A DNA stretch of 64,000 nt from Candidatus Omnitrophota bacterium (GCA_028280285.1 JANQMA010000017.1:64993-128992); one strand, 5' to 3'. Positions 23,193 through 33,200 are shown, numbered from the stretch's first letter. Numbers and translations: made by a program. The notes: generated by a model from the sequence alone, not told the origin.

Positions 23193-24503
23193 ATGGCCAG
23201 CACTGATTTAATGGACAAAATCGTATCTCTCTGTAAACGCCGCGGATTTATCTTCCAATCTTCCGAAATATACGGTGGGCTCGCAAACTCCTGGGACTAC
23301 GGACCTTTGGGCGTTGAGCTGAAAAATAATGTCAAGCAAGCCTGGTGGAAACGCAATGTCCATGGCCGCGATGATATGGTCGGTTTAGACGCCGCGATCT
23401 TTATGCATCCTAATACATGGAAGGCCTCAGGTCATCTCGATACATTCAACGATATGATGGTTGATTGTAAGGATTGTAATAAACGTCTGCGTGAAGATCA
23501 TATTGAAGATAATACATGCCCGGATTGTGGAAGTAGTAACTTTACCGAAGCGCGTCCGTTTAATCTGATGCTTGATTCTTATCTCGGCCCTGTGCGTGAT
23601 GAGTCAGGTAGAACATACCTCAGACCGGAAACCGCTCAGGGTATTTTTGTGAATTTTAAAAATATATTGGATTCGACCTCGCGTAAGCTGCCATTCGGTG
23701 TGGCGCAGATCGGAAAATCATTCCGTAATGAAGTTACCGCCGGTAATTTTACCTTTCGCCAGCGTGAGTTTGAACAGATGGAGATTGAATATTTTTGCCA
23801 TCCGGATCAAGCCGATAAATTTTTTGAAGAGTGGATTGAAAATAGATTTCAGTGGTACAAAGATTTAGGTATTCGTACGGAAAATTTGCAGTTACGCAAA
23901 CATGAAGATGACGAGCTTGCCCATTATGCCAAAGGCTGCACGGATGTTGAATACAAATTTCCATTTGGTTGGTCGGAGCTTGAAGGGATCGCGCATCGCA
24001 GTGACTTTGATTTAAAGCAGCACTCACAACATTCCGGTAAAGAATTAATTTACCGTGATCCGTTCACCAATGAAGTATTTACGCCGTATGTGATCGAGCC
24101 GTCCGGCGGGGTTGATCGCGGGATGCTCGCGTTTTTGGTTGATGCTTATCATGAAGAAGAGGTCGATGGTAAGCCGCGTACGGTGTTAAAACTGCACAAG
24201 GATTTGGTGCCAACGAAAGTGGCGGTGCTGCCGCTGCTTAAGAAAAACACAGAAGTGGTTGAGTTGTGTCAAAAGATCAAGAATGATCTGATAAAAGATA
24301 TGACATGCACCTACAATGATACCGCGGCTATCGGCAAGCTTTATCGTCGTCAGGATGAGGTAGGGACATTTTATTGTGTGACGGTGGATGTCGACTCGCT
24401 TGAAGATAATCAAGTGACCGTGCGCGATAGGGACAGCATGGCGCAAGAGCGCGTTGCGCTGGATCAGTTGAAGCAGTACCTGCGTAATAAGTTTGAGGAC
24501 TAG
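23193..24503 (+). CDS. glyQS: Glycine--tRNA ligase, homodimeric type
   Basis: KRRGF...YGPLG, YLRPETAQGIF, REFEQMEIEYF and EPSGGVDR motifs. Confidence 0.97.
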   Translation: MASTDLMDKIVSLCKRRGFIFQSSEIYGGLANSWDYGPLGVELKNNVKQAWWKRNVHGRDDMVGLDAAIFMHPNTWKASGHLDTFNDMMVDCKDCNKRLREDHIEDNTCPDCGSSNFTEARPFNLMLDSYLGPVRDESGRTYLRPETAQGIFVNFKNILDSTSRKLPFGVAQIGKSFRNEVTAGNFTFRQREFEQMEIEYFCHPDQADKFFEEWIENRFQWYKDLGIRTENLQLRKHEDDELAHYAKGCTDVEYKFPFGWSELEGIAHRSDFDLKQHSQHSGKELIYRDPFTNEVFTPYVIEPSGGVDRGMLAFLVDAYHEEEVDGKPRTVLKLHKDLVPTKVAVLPLLKKNTEVVELCQKIKNDLIKDMTCTYNDTAAIGKLYRRQDEVGTFYCVTVDVDSLEDNQVTVRDRDSMAQERVALDQLKQYLRNKFED

Positions 24504-24530
24504 TGATCGGTGATCAGTGGTCAGTGATCG
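24501..24530 (+). repeat. Left heptamer arm (AGTGATC) flanking the four-helix-bundle gene
   Basis: t agtgatc ggtgatc agtggtc agtgatc g; pairs with 24975-25004. Confidence 0.88.
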
Positions 24531-24580
24531 TAAACCAGGTAAAGTAATAATCTATCCCCCAAAAAGAAAGAGGGGGATAA

Positions 24581-24958
24581 ATGCAAATACGTAATTTTCA
24601 AGATTTAGCTATTTGGCAACGGAGTCATCAATTGACTCTAAAAGTTTACAAACTTACCAAGCATCTTCCTGAAGATGAGCGGTATGGAATTACAAATCAG
24701 GTGAGAAGATCATCTGTATCAATCTGTGCGAATATATCTGAAGGTTGCAGCAAGGGAACAAAAGAATTTATCAGATATTTAAATATAGCACGGGGCTCTT
24801 TAGAAGAAACAAAACATTATTTCATATTAATGAAAGATCTTGGTTATTGTTCTGTCGAGCAGTATCAGGTTTTGTTTAGTGAATTAGACCAAATTGGAAA
24901 AATGATTTACGGTCTTAAAATGCGTTTGGTGGAAAAATCCAAAACACTTAAATACTGA
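24581..24958 (+). CDS. Four helix bundle protein (23S rRNA IVP-like family)
   Basis: FQDLAIWQRS...LPEDERYGITNQVRRSSVSICANISEG...FIRYLNIARGSLEE. Confidence 0.93.
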   Translation: MQIRNFQDLAIWQRSHQLTLKVYKLTKHLPEDERYGITNQVRRSSVSICANISEGCSKGTKEFIRYLNIARGSLEETKHYFILMKDLGYCSVEQYQVLFSELDQIGKMIYGLKMRLVEKSKTLKY

Positions 24959-25004
24959 TTCACTGATCACTTTCTGATCACTGATTACTGATCACTGACC
25001 ACTA
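24954..25004 (+). repeat. Right heptamer arm (GATCACT) flanking the four-helix-bundle gene
   Basis: ct gatcact gattact gatcact gaccact a. Confidence 0.88.
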
Positions 25005-25029
25005 TTTAACAAAACGACAGGAGACCAAT

Positions 25030-27789
25030 ATGGCAAAGAAGTTAGTTTATTCATTCGGCGGTGGTAAAGCTGAAGGCAACGCAACGATGCGTAATCTCTT
25101 AGGAGGCAAGGGCGCTAATCTCGCCGAGATGGCAGGACATAAGAATCTTAAGTTACCGGTACCTCCGGGTTTTACTATTACAACGGATGTTTGTACGCTG
25201 TACTACGCAAACAAGAAAAAATATCCGAAAGAGCTTAAAGCGCAGGTGGAAGCGGCGGTTAAAAAAGCGGAAAAGCTGACCGGCAAAAAATTCGGCGATG
25301 TGAATAATCCACTTCTCGTGTCTATCCGCTCAGGCGCGCGTGCATCTATGCCGGGGATGATGGAAACAATTTTGAATGTCGGTCTAACGGAAAAGACACT
25401 CAAAGGTTTGGCCGCCAAAACAGGCAGCGAGCGTTTTGCGTATGATGCGTATCGACGACTCATTACGATGTATGCCGATGTTGTTATGGAAAAGTCTGCC
25501 GGGATCGAACCGGAAGAAGGTCAAGGCATCCGTAAGCAATTAGACGAAATCCTCGAGGAGACTAAACAGGTTAAAGGGGTCGAAGATGATTCAGACCTTG
25601 ATGTTGAGACGCTTAAAGATTTAATCGCGATCTACAAAGCGAAAATCAAAGATGTGTTAGGTAAACCTTTTCCGGATGATGCCGAAAAGCAGCTGTGGGG
25701 AGGCATTACAGCCGTATTTAATTCATGGAATGGGAAGCGCGCGATTGCTTATCGCGCAATCGAAGGCATTCCGGGTGAATGGGGCACAGCGGTTAATGTT
25801 CAGGTTATGGCCTTTGGTAATTTAGGCGATACATCCTCAACCGGTGTTGCGTTTACACGTAATCCCGGTAATGGCGAAAATAAATTCTACGGCGAGTATT
25901 TGGTTAACGCGCAAGGGGAAGACGTTGTGGCCGGTATTCGTACACCCGCACCGATTAATAAGTATTCCCAATCGGATAATAACAAGCATTTGCTTACTTT
26001 GGAGAAAGAAAATCCAAAAGTGTACAAAGAGCTTGTCGCGATCCAAAAGCGTTTGGAAAAACATTACAAAGATATGCAGGATATCGAGTTTACTGTCGAG
26101 GACGGTACGCTTTATATGCTTCAGTGCCGCAACGGTAAACGTAACGGTCCGGCGGCGGTGCGTATGGCGGTTGATATGGTCCGTGAGAAATTAATCACTA
26201 AAGAAGAAGCGGTTAACCGCGTTACTCCTTCTCAATTAGATGAACTACTTCATCCGATCATCGATCCAAAGCAAGAGGCTGCAGCCTATACATTGGCTAA
26301 AGGTTTGCCGGCAGGTCCAGGTGGAGCTTGCGGTAAGATTGTTTTTACCTCTGATGATGCGGTAGCCTGGCATAAAAAAGGTGAAAAAGTAATCCTTGTG
26401 CGTGAAGAGACTAACCCCGAAGATGTTGAAGGGATGCGCGCCGCTGAAGCGATCTTAACCGCGCGTGGCGGTATGACATCGCACGCAGCGCTTGTTGCCC
26501 GCGGATGGGGTAAATGTTGCATCGTCGGTTGTTCCGACATCGATGTTGATGTGGACGGTAAGAAAATGAAAGTCGGTGGATCGACGTATAAAGAAGGCGA
26601 CACGATCACACTAAATGGGACTAAAGGAACATTTTACGAAGGCGCGCTTGATATGATCGACGGCTCTTCGGAGAATAAGTACTTTAACGAGTTTCTTAAA
26701 ATGTGTGACTCTATACGCACGCTTAAAATCCGCACCAACGGCGAGACACCGGAAGACGCGCAAAAAGCACGTCAATTTGGGGCCGAAGGTATCGGGCTTT
26801 TCCGTACAGAGCATATGTTCTACGGTAAAAACTCCGAAGAGCCGCTTTTTAAAATGCGTAAGATGATTATGTCGAAAGACGAATCAGAAAGGCGCGCAGC
26901 GCTTGATGAGCTTTATCCACATGTGAAGTCGGATATTAAGGCAACGTTAGATGCCATGGCGGGGTTTCCGGTAACGATTCGTCTTTTGGATCCGCCTTTG
27001 CATGAGTTTGTTCCAACGAAAAAAGATGCCATTGATTCGTTGGCTAACAGCTTGGGTATTGATATTCCGGCACTTGAAAAACGCATGGCAGGCCTCCACG
27101 AGGTCAACCCAATGATGGGGCATCGCGGTGTGCGCTTGGGAATCACCTTTCCGGAGGTCACCGAGACCCAAGTCCGTGCGATTTTCGAGGCCACGGTTGA
27201 ATTGATCCAAGCGGGTAAGAAAATTAATCCAGAGATCATGGTGCCGGTTGTCGGGGCGGTGAAAGAGCTTGAGGAAACCAAGAAAATAGTAAATCGGGTT
27301 TACGATGAAGTTAAAAAGAAGTATAATGTGAAAAAAATTCCTTATATGTTTGGGACGATGATCGAAATTCCGCGCGCGGCGCTGACAGCCGATCAATTGG
27401 CCGAATCGGCGGAATTCTTTTCGTTTGGTACAAATGATTTAACACAAATGAGTTTTGGTTTTTCAAGGGATGATATCGGTGGCTTTCTGCCGGAATACCT
27501 TGAAAGTGACATATTGTCAGACGATCCATTCCAAAGCATCGATCAAACCGGTGTTGGGGAATTGATCGACATTGGCGTTACGCGCGGCCGTAAGACGCGC
27601 CAAAAGCTTAAAGTCGGTATTTGCGGTGAGCATGGAGGGGATCCGGCATCGATTGAATTCTGCCAAAAAGTTGGCATGGATTATGTGAGTTGCTCGCCAT
27701 TCCGTGTTCCGATTGCAAGGCTTGCGGCAGCCCAGTCGGCTGTAAGGGCCAAGGCGCAGGCGAAACCGCGTAGAAAAGCGAAGAAGTAG
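25030..27789 (+). CDS. ppdK: Pyruvate, phosphate dikinase
   Basis: LGGKGANLAEM, GGMTSHAA and SFGTNDLTQ motifs. Confidence 0.98.
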   Translation: MAKKLVYSFGGGKAEGNATMRNLLGGKGANLAEMAGHKNLKLPVPPGFTITTDVCTLYYANKKKYPKELKAQVEAAVKKAEKLTGKKFGDVNNPLLVSIRSGARASMPGMMETILNVGLTEKTLKGLAAKTGSERFAYDAYRRLITMYADVVMEKSAGIEPEEGQGIRKQLDEILEETKQVKGVEDDSDLDVETLKDLIAIYKAKIKDVLGKPFPDDAEKQLWGGITAVFNSWNGKRAIAYRAIEGIPGEWGTAVNVQVMAFGNLGDTSSTGVAFTRNPGNGENKFYGEYLVNAQGEDVVAGIRTPAPINKYSQSDNNKHLLTLEKENPKVYKELVAIQKRLEKHYKDMQDIEFTVEDGTLYMLQCRNGKRNGPAAVRMAVDMVREKLITKEEAVNRVTPSQLDELLHPIIDPKQEAAAYTLAKGLPAGPGGACGKIVFTSDDAVAWHKKGEKVILVREETNPEDVEGMRAAEAILTARGGMTSHAALVARGWGKCCIVGCSDIDVDVDGKKMKVGGSTYKEGDTITLNGTKGTFYEGALDMIDGSSENKYFNEFLKMCDSIRTLKIRTNGETPEDAQKARQFGAEGIGLFRTEHMFYGKNSEEPLFKMRKMIMSKDESERRAALDELYPHVKSDIKATLDAMAGFPVTIRLLDPPLHEFVPTKKDAIDSLANSLGIDIPALEKRMAGLHEVNPMMGHRGVRLGITFPEVTETQVRAIFEATVELIQAGKKINPEIMVPVVGAVKELEETKKIVNRVYDEVKKKYNVKKIPYMFGTMIEIPRAALTADQLAESAEFFSFGTNDLTQMSFGFSRDDIGGFLPEYLESDILSDDPFQSIDQTGVGELIDIGVTRGRKTRQKLKVGICGEHGGDPASIEFCQKVGMDYVSCSPFRVPIARLAAAQSAVRAKAQAKPRRKAKK

Positions 27790-27809
27790 GAGTAATAGAA
27801 AATTGATAA

Positions 27810-27869
27810 TGGTGGTCAGAGTTCAGTGATCGTAGCCCATGATTTCTGACCACTGATCACTGATCACTA
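27810..27869 (+). repeat. Heptamer-arm hairpin with the same unit as the four-helix-bundle flanks but no cargo
   Basis: ggtggtc agagttc agtgatc g ... gaccact gatcact gatcact. Confidence 0.85.
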
Positions 27870-27874
27870 AATAT

Positions 27875-28708
27875 ATGACCGATCCCATCAAGGCCTACCT
27901 CAAAGACGTTCGCCCGATTCCGCTTTTAACGGCGGAGGAAGAAATCGAGCTTGCCAAGCGTATTAAAAAGGGCGACAAAAAAGCGCGCGATAAAATGATC
28001 CGTGCTAACTTGCGTCTTGTTATCAGCATTGCCAAACGCTACACCAATCTAGGTGTTCCTCTGGCGGATTTGATCGAAGAGGGCAATATCGGCCTTATGA
28101 AAAGTGTCGAGAAATTTGATCCGGATAAAGGATTTCGTTTCTCAACCTACGGCGCTTGGTGGATTAAGCAGGGTATATCACGCGCTATCATTGATCAGGG
28201 TAAAATGATCCGTGTGCCCGTTTATATGAATGAGGAAATCTCCAAATATAAAAAGGCCATGGAGCAGTTAACGCACAAATTAAACCGCAAGCCGCGTTTA
28301 GCCGAGATTGCCAAAAAGCTTAAAATCACAATCGAACGGGTACGCGAGCTTGAAGGCGCGATTACAAAAATGTCAAGTCTTGATGCGCCGATTGGGGATG
28401 GCGGCGACGGGCAGGTTATGGATATTATTCAAGATGAAAACGCCACATCACCGGATGAAGAGCTGGAACTCGATTTTAATAAAGAACGTGCCACTGGATT
28501 TCTTGACTTATTAAGCGAACGCGAACAAAAGATTTTAGAGATGAGGTATGGCTTGAAAGATGGAGAAACACGCACATTGGCTGACATTGCCAAAGAGCTT
28601 GGTGTTTCCCGTGAGCGTGTACGCCAGATTGAGGCGGCGACGATCAAAAAGATTCGACAGATCATTGAGCAGCAAGATCAGGAAAAAGAGCAAGAGCAAG
28701 ATAAATAG
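27875..28708 (+). CDS. Sigma-70 family sigma factor (RpoD/RpoS-like, no region 1.1)
   Basis: [32 protein letters not shown] and [10 protein letters not shown]. Confidence 0.93.
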   Translation: MTDPIKAYLKDVRPIPLLTAEEEIELAKRIKKGDKKARDKMIRANLRLVISIAKRYTNLGVPLADLIEEGNIGLMKSVEKFDPDKGFRFSTYGAWWIKQGISRAIIDQGKMIRVPVYMNEEISKYKKAMEQLTHKLNRKPRLAEIAKKLKITIERVRELEGAITKMSSLDAPIGDGGDGQVMDIIQDENATSPDEELELDFNKERATGFLDLLSEREQKILEMRYGLKDGETRTLADIAKELGVSRERVRQIEAATIKKIRQIIEQQDQEKEQEQDK

Positions 28709-28714
28709 ATATTA

Positions 28715-28773
28715 AGTGGTCTGTGCTCTGTGGTCTGTGATCAGACCACGGACCACGGGCCACGGACCACACT
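28715..28773 (+). repeat. Heptamer-arm hairpin (TGTGGTC / GACCACG)
   Basis: agtggtc tgtgctc tgtggtc tgtgatc a gaccacg gaccacg ggccacg gaccaca. Confidence 0.88.
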
Positions 28774-28776
28774 AAA

Positions 28777-29631
28777 ATGCCCCGCAAAAGAAAACCAACA
28801 TTTGTCCTCGTTATTCCCCGTTTTGAAGATATTTTTCATTCTTATTATGCCACGGAAGTTATACGGGGGGTCAGTTTAACGGCAAGCCGGATTAATGCCG
28901 ACTTTTTGATTCATATTGTCGACCGCACAACGCACCGTGGATGGCTTGATTCAACACTGCTCGATAAAAACTATATTGACGGGATTTTGTTTGCTGATAT
29001 TGATAATGATTTGAAGGTTGTGAAGCGTGCTATCCGTGTCGGTGTGCCGTGTATGGTGCTTAACAATATCATTGATGAGCCGATTAATTATATTGCGGTA
29101 GATAATAAAAAAGCTGCGTTTAAATCGGTTGAGCATTTGATTACTCAGGGCCACACGCGTATTGCAACCGTTGCTGGGGACGTTTCAACACAGGCTGGGC
29201 TTATGCGTCTGGAAGGCTATCGCGAAGCATTGGAGGGCCATGATATCGCTGCGCCGCGTAACTATGTTAGTTTTGGTGATTTTTTAAGAACGCCGGCGCG
29301 CTCGGCGGCTAAAAAGCTTTTGCGTTTGCGCAATCGTCCAACGGCTATTTTTGCCGCATCTGATGTGATGGCCCTTGAGGTGATGGATGTTGCACGGGAG
29401 TTAATGATTAAGGTTCCGCAAGAACTCTCTATTGTCGGGTTTGACGATAATCCCATGACGCATGGCGCCAGTGTTGAACTAACAACCGTATCGCAGCCGA
29501 TTGCAGAGATGGGCCGCTTAGGCGCTGAGAAGATATTTCAAATAAGCCGCGGCAAAGAGGCGCTTCCAGTTAAAATGACATTGCCTACTAAGTTGATTAA
29601 ACGACAGTCTGTTGGAAAGGCGAAGAAATAA
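28777..29631 (+). CDS. LacI-family ligand-binding protein lacking the N-terminal HTH
   Basis: HLITQGHTRIA, RLEGYREAL, PTAIFAASD, VPQELSIVGFDD and LTTVSQP. Confidence 0.85.
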   Translation: MPRKRKPTFVLVIPRFEDIFHSYYATEVIRGVSLTASRINADFLIHIVDRTTHRGWLDSTLLDKNYIDGILFADIDNDLKVVKRAIRVGVPCMVLNNIIDEPINYIAVDNKKAAFKSVEHLITQGHTRIATVAGDVSTQAGLMRLEGYREALEGHDIAAPRNYVSFGDFLRTPARSAAKKLLRLRNRPTAIFAASDVMALEVMDVARELMIKVPQELSIVGFDDNPMTHGASVELTTVSQPIAEMGRLGAEKIFQISRGKEALPVKMTLPTKLIKRQSVGKAKK

Positions 29632-29632
29632 C

Positions 29633-29794
29633 AGAGTGATAGAGTGATAGTAGTGATAAAGTGGTAGTAATGATAGTTAGAGTTAAGTATAAGATTCAAG
29701 TTGTTTAAGCATTTTTTGTTTGTTTTATTTTTTCTTTAAAATATCACTTTACCACTCTATCACTAACGATCGCTTTACTTATCATTACCACTTT
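29633..29794 (+). repeat. 8-9-mer-arm hairpin (AGAGTGAT / ATCACTCT)
   Basis: agagtgat agagtgat agtagtgat aaagtggt ... atcacttt accactct atcact. Confidence 0.7.
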
Positions 29795-29808
29795 TATAGG
29801 AGTTTATC

Positions 29809-30342
29809 ATGAATACAACAATCACTCCAGATTCACTCAAACAGTACATAAGAGATATTCCTGATTTTCCTAAAGAGGGCATTATTTTTAAAGATATTAC
29901 GACATTGCTTGGCAATGGCGAGGCCTTTAAGATATCTATTGATGCGCTGACAGAACAGTATAAAGATCAAAGCATTGATTATGTTGTTGGTGTCGAGGCA
30001 CGCGGCTTTTTGTTTGGGGCGGTCATCGCTTATCAATTAGGTGTTGGTTTTGTGCCGGTGCGCAAGAAGGGAAAACTTCCTTACAAGACACAAAGTGTAA
30101 CCTATGATCTTGAGTATGGGACAGATACAGTAGAAGTCCATGAAGATGGGGTGGAAGCCGGTTCGCGTGTGCTGATCGTTGATGACTTGCTTGCTACAGG
30201 CGGCACTATCAAAGCGGTGGCCGATTTGGTTAGCAAACAAAAGGCCGAGATTGTCAGTCTCGCTTTTCTTGTCGAGCTTACCTTTTTGAACGGTAGAGAT
30301 AAACTTGAGGGTTACGATGTTTATTCGGTTATTCAGTATTAA
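29809..30342 (+). CDS. apt: Adenine phosphoribosyltransferase
   Basis: IPDFPKEGIIFKDIT, EARGF, VDDLLATGGT. Confidence 0.97.
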   Translation: MNTTITPDSLKQYIRDIPDFPKEGIIFKDITTLLGNGEAFKISIDALTEQYKDQSIDYVVGVEARGFLFGAVIAYQLGVGFVPVRKKGKLPYKTQSVTYDLEYGTDTVEVHEDGVEAGSRVLIVDDLLATGGTIKAVADLVSKQKAEIVSLAFLVELTFLNGRDKLEGYDVYSVIQY

Positions 30343-30364
30343 TTATTTTAGGCGTTAATAAATA

Positions 30365-30412
30365 GACGGACTCTGTTTTATGCAACAGTTCATAAAATGG
30401 AGTCCGTTTTTA
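30365..30412 (+). terminator. Hairpin/putative terminator after apt
   Basis: gacggactctgttttatg...cataaaatggagtccgtt followed by a T-run. Confidence 0.5.
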
Positions 30413-32874
30413 TTTCAATGAACAAATTCTTCTACTCCCCAACCAAAAAACAGTCGCTTCTATGTATCGGCATTGTTTTAACAGCTGTTTTTATTTCTTT
30501 TTCCCCGGTATTAAAAGCCGATTTTCTACACTTTAACGATTACACGAATGTTGTTACCAACAATCAAATCCGTTCACTCAGTCTGCAAAACATCAAATCG
30601 ATTTTCCAATCAAAGATCGAAGATATTTATGTGCCGCTGACGGTGCTAACCTGGGCTGTTGAGTACCGGTTTTTTAAACTCAATCCTTTTGTATATCATT
30701 TAAATAATCTGCTTTTGCATTTGGGTGTTGTGGTGCTCATTTATTTGATGGCGCGCAAGTTTGGCCTGTCGATTATTGCGGCGAGTGTCGCCGGGCTTTT
30801 GTTCGGTATTCACCCGGCCCATGTCGAATCGGTGGCCTGGGTCACCGAGCGCAAAGATGTGCTTTATGCGTTTCTCTATGTTGGGGCGCTGTATGCCTAC
30901 ATGTTTTACGTTCAACAGTGTTTGCCCGGTGTCAAACGTCCGGTTAAATCTTATCGGTATTTGATTATTACCACAGTCTTAGGGGCATTAAGCATTTTGG
31001 CTAAACCGATGGCGCTTAGTTTGCCGGTTATTTTGCTTTTGTTTGATTGGTTTAAGGGAAGGCAGCTTTCTTGGGCAGCGATCTTTGAAAAGTTTCCGCT
31101 GATGCTGATTATGGGGGCGGTTACTTGGCTTTCCGATGTGCCCTTTATGCTTAACCGCTGGCGTGGTATGGAAAGTCTTTTGGTTGGGGCATGGTCGGGC
31201 ATTTTTTATATTAAACAATTTATTATGCCGCTTGTTTTGATGCCGATTTACCGTGTGCCGCAACCGGTTGATTTGACTAATACGGAGTATGTGTTTTCGT
31301 GTGTTGTGTTTGTGGTGTTGATCGGGGCATTTATTTATTTCCGTCGGTATAAGTGGTTTGTCTTTGCCATTCTTTATTATCTGTTTTCTATTTTCTTTTT
31401 GCTGCGTGTTAGTGCAGATACTCAAATTAATCTGGTGGCTGACCGATTTATGTATTTGCCGAGTCTCGGTATTTGTCTTCTTTTAAGTTATGCGTTTGAC
31501 CGGCTGATCAACCGTGGGCGGGCATCAACTAATCAATTTGTGCAATTACTTCCGGTTATCTGTATTGCTGTTTTATTTATGCTTCTTGGCATTAAAACGT
31601 TTAAGCAGGCATCTGTCTGGCAGAATGATCAAACGCTGTGGACACATCAGCTTAAAAATAATCCGCAAGAGTACGTTGCCCTGACGCATTTGGCGACATC
31701 CTTGATTGATGATAAAGAATATAGAGAGGCGATTAAACGGCATCGTGAGATCAGGGCGCTTAAACTTTCTTCCGAACAGATAGGAGAGCTTGAAGGTGTG
31801 CATGATATGTTTAAGAAGGTCGACTATATTGAAAGCCTTTTTAAGCGCTCCATTAAAATTAATCCCGAGCAGCCGGAGAGCCATTACAATTTAGGATACT
31901 TTTATGAACTTTTAGGGGTTGTGGATAAAGCGCTTCTTCACTATTCATTGGCGGCAACGCTTAATCCACAGTATTCCGATCTTTATTTGCGTATTGGTGT
32001 TGCCCATATGCTTCTTAATCAGCCTGAAAAGGCTGTGGCGTCTTTTGAAAAACTATTGTCGCAAAATACCGACGATGCTTTTTATATTAAAGTTATTTTG
32101 GCCTATAAAGGTGCAGTTGAGACGGGAAGCAAAGAAAGTATTGCCGTGTATATTCCGGCTCTAAAATCGACGTTGAACCGTTATGTTGCCCTTGTTAACA
32201 GCGGGGGTAAAATCAATGAACAAAGATATTATAATTTAGGTTCTATTTATGGGGTGTTGAGTAACTTTGAGGAGGCCCTCAGGGCTTACAGTATGGTCTT
32301 GGAAGCCAACCCGCAAAATATTGAGGCCTATTTTCATTCCGGTATTTCCTTGCGTCATTTAGGAAGATTTAATGAGGCAATAGAAATGTATGATCAAGCG
32401 CTTAAGATTGATTACCGGCGGGTTGATATTTTGCTCGAAAAAGCGCTACTTCTTTCGAAAATGAAAAGAAGAGAAGAGGCCATTGCCGTCTATGAGGATT
32501 TAATTAAAATTGATTCTGATCAGGCAACGGCGCTGTTTAATCTCGGGTTTTTGTATGAACAAATGGAAGAAATTGTCAAGGCGAAGGGTTTGTATGAAAA
32601 GGCGGTTAAACTGGATTCGTCTAATGCAGATCTTCATTATAATTTAGGTAATATTTATGCGCAAATCGGGAATATTGACAAAGCAAAGGTGCAATATTTA
32701 AAGGCGACGGCAATCAACCCCGGTTATGAAAATGCCTGGGTCAACTTAACGGTGTTGACGTTTCAAGAAGGTAATGTTGAAAAGGCGTATGAGTATTATA
32801 AGCAAGCGCAGGTGTTTGGGTATCTTGCACCGGAAGCGATGCGTGGGGTGTTTGAAAATTTTAAGAATAAATAA
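30397..32874 (+). CDS. TMTC-like GT-C glycosyltransferase with C-terminal TPRs (start may be 30418)
   Basis: YHLNNLLLH, HPAHVESVAWVTERKDVL, ADRFMYLPS, multiple TM segments and TPRs. Confidence 0.85.
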   Translation: MESVFISMNKFFYSPTKKQSLLCIGIVLTAVFISFSPVLKADFLHFNDYTNVVTNNQIRSLSLQNIKSIFQSKIEDIYVPLTVLTWAVEYRFFKLNPFVYHLNNLLLHLGVVVLIYLMARKFGLSIIAASVAGLLFGIHPAHVESVAWVTERKDVLYAFLYVGALYAYMFYVQQCLPGVKRPVKSYRYLIITTVLGALSILAKPMALSLPVILLLFDWFKGRQLSWAAIFEKFPLMLIMGAVTWLSDVPFMLNRWRGMESLLVGAWSGIFYIKQFIMPLVLMPIYRVPQPVDLTNTEYVFSCVVFVVLIGAFIYFRRYKWFVFAILYYLFSIFFLLRVSADTQINLVADRFMYLPSLGICLLLSYAFDRLINRGRASTNQFVQLLPVICIAVLFMLLGIKTFKQASVWQNDQTLWTHQLKNNPQEYVALTHLATSLIDDKEYREAIKRHREIRALKLSSEQIGELEGVHDMFKKVDYIESLFKRSIKINPEQPESHYNLGYFYELLGVVDKALLHYSLAATLNPQYSDLYLRIGVAHMLLNQPEKAVASFEKLLSQNTDDAFYIKVILAYKGAVETGSKESIAVYIPALKSTLNRYVALVNSGGKINEQRYYNLGSIYGVLSNFEEALRAYSMVLEANPQNIEAYFHSGISLRHLGRFNEAIEMYDQALKIDYRRVDILLEKALLLSKMKRREEAIAVYEDLIKIDSDQATALFNLGFLYEQMEEIVKAKGLYEKAVKLDSSNADLHYNLGNIYAQIGNIDKAKVQYLKATAINPGYENAWVNLTVLTFQEGNVEKAYEYYKQAQVFGYLAPEAMRGVFENFKNK

Positions 32875-33018
32875 ATGTCCTGCTTCGTTCAATACTGCGT
32901 TCGTCAAAATTTAAATGTTTACACGTTTAAATTTTGTCGTACTCGTGTTGAACTCCGCAGGTAAATTCGCTCTAACAGCTTACGTTGCTGTCGCTTCCGT
33001 AAGTTGTAGGCTCATTTA

Positions 33019-33092
33019 GTCCCTGTAGCTCAGATGGATAGAGCGCGGCCCTCCTAAGGCCGGCGTCGCCCGTTCGACTCGGGCCAGGGACA
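33019..33092 (+). tRNA. tRNA-Arg (anticodon CCT)
   Basis: Acceptor GTCCCTG/CAGGGAC; D-arm AGCTCAGATGGATAGAGC; anticodon loop CTCCTAA; T-loop GTTCGAC; CCA not encoded. Confidence 0.95.
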
Positions 33093-33099
33093 TTATTTT

Positions 33100-33181
33100 G
33101 GTGTTCGGTGTTCAGAGTTCGGTGTTCTGTCAGAACACTGAACACAATTAATTACTTTACTCATCTAGAACACAGAACACT
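33100..33181 (+). repeat. Heptamer-arm hairpin (GGTGTTC / GAACACW)
   Basis: ggtgttc ggtgttc agagttc ggtgttc ... gaacact gaacaca ... gaacaca gaacact. Confidence 0.85.
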
Positions 33182-33200
33182 CAATAATCATGGAGCATGG

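Noticed and set aside
23012-23206. 64-aa ORF upstream of glyQS
   Set aside because: Overlaps the better 22942-23106 ORF and the likely glyQS promoter region; no convincing start or RBS.
20068-24958. Diversity-generating retroelement (113-bp repeat as VR/TR; four-helix bundle as Avd)
   Set aside because: Mismatches are not adenine-specific in either copy (they include G/C, C/T and G/T) and are mostly synonymous; no reverse transcriptase is in the window.
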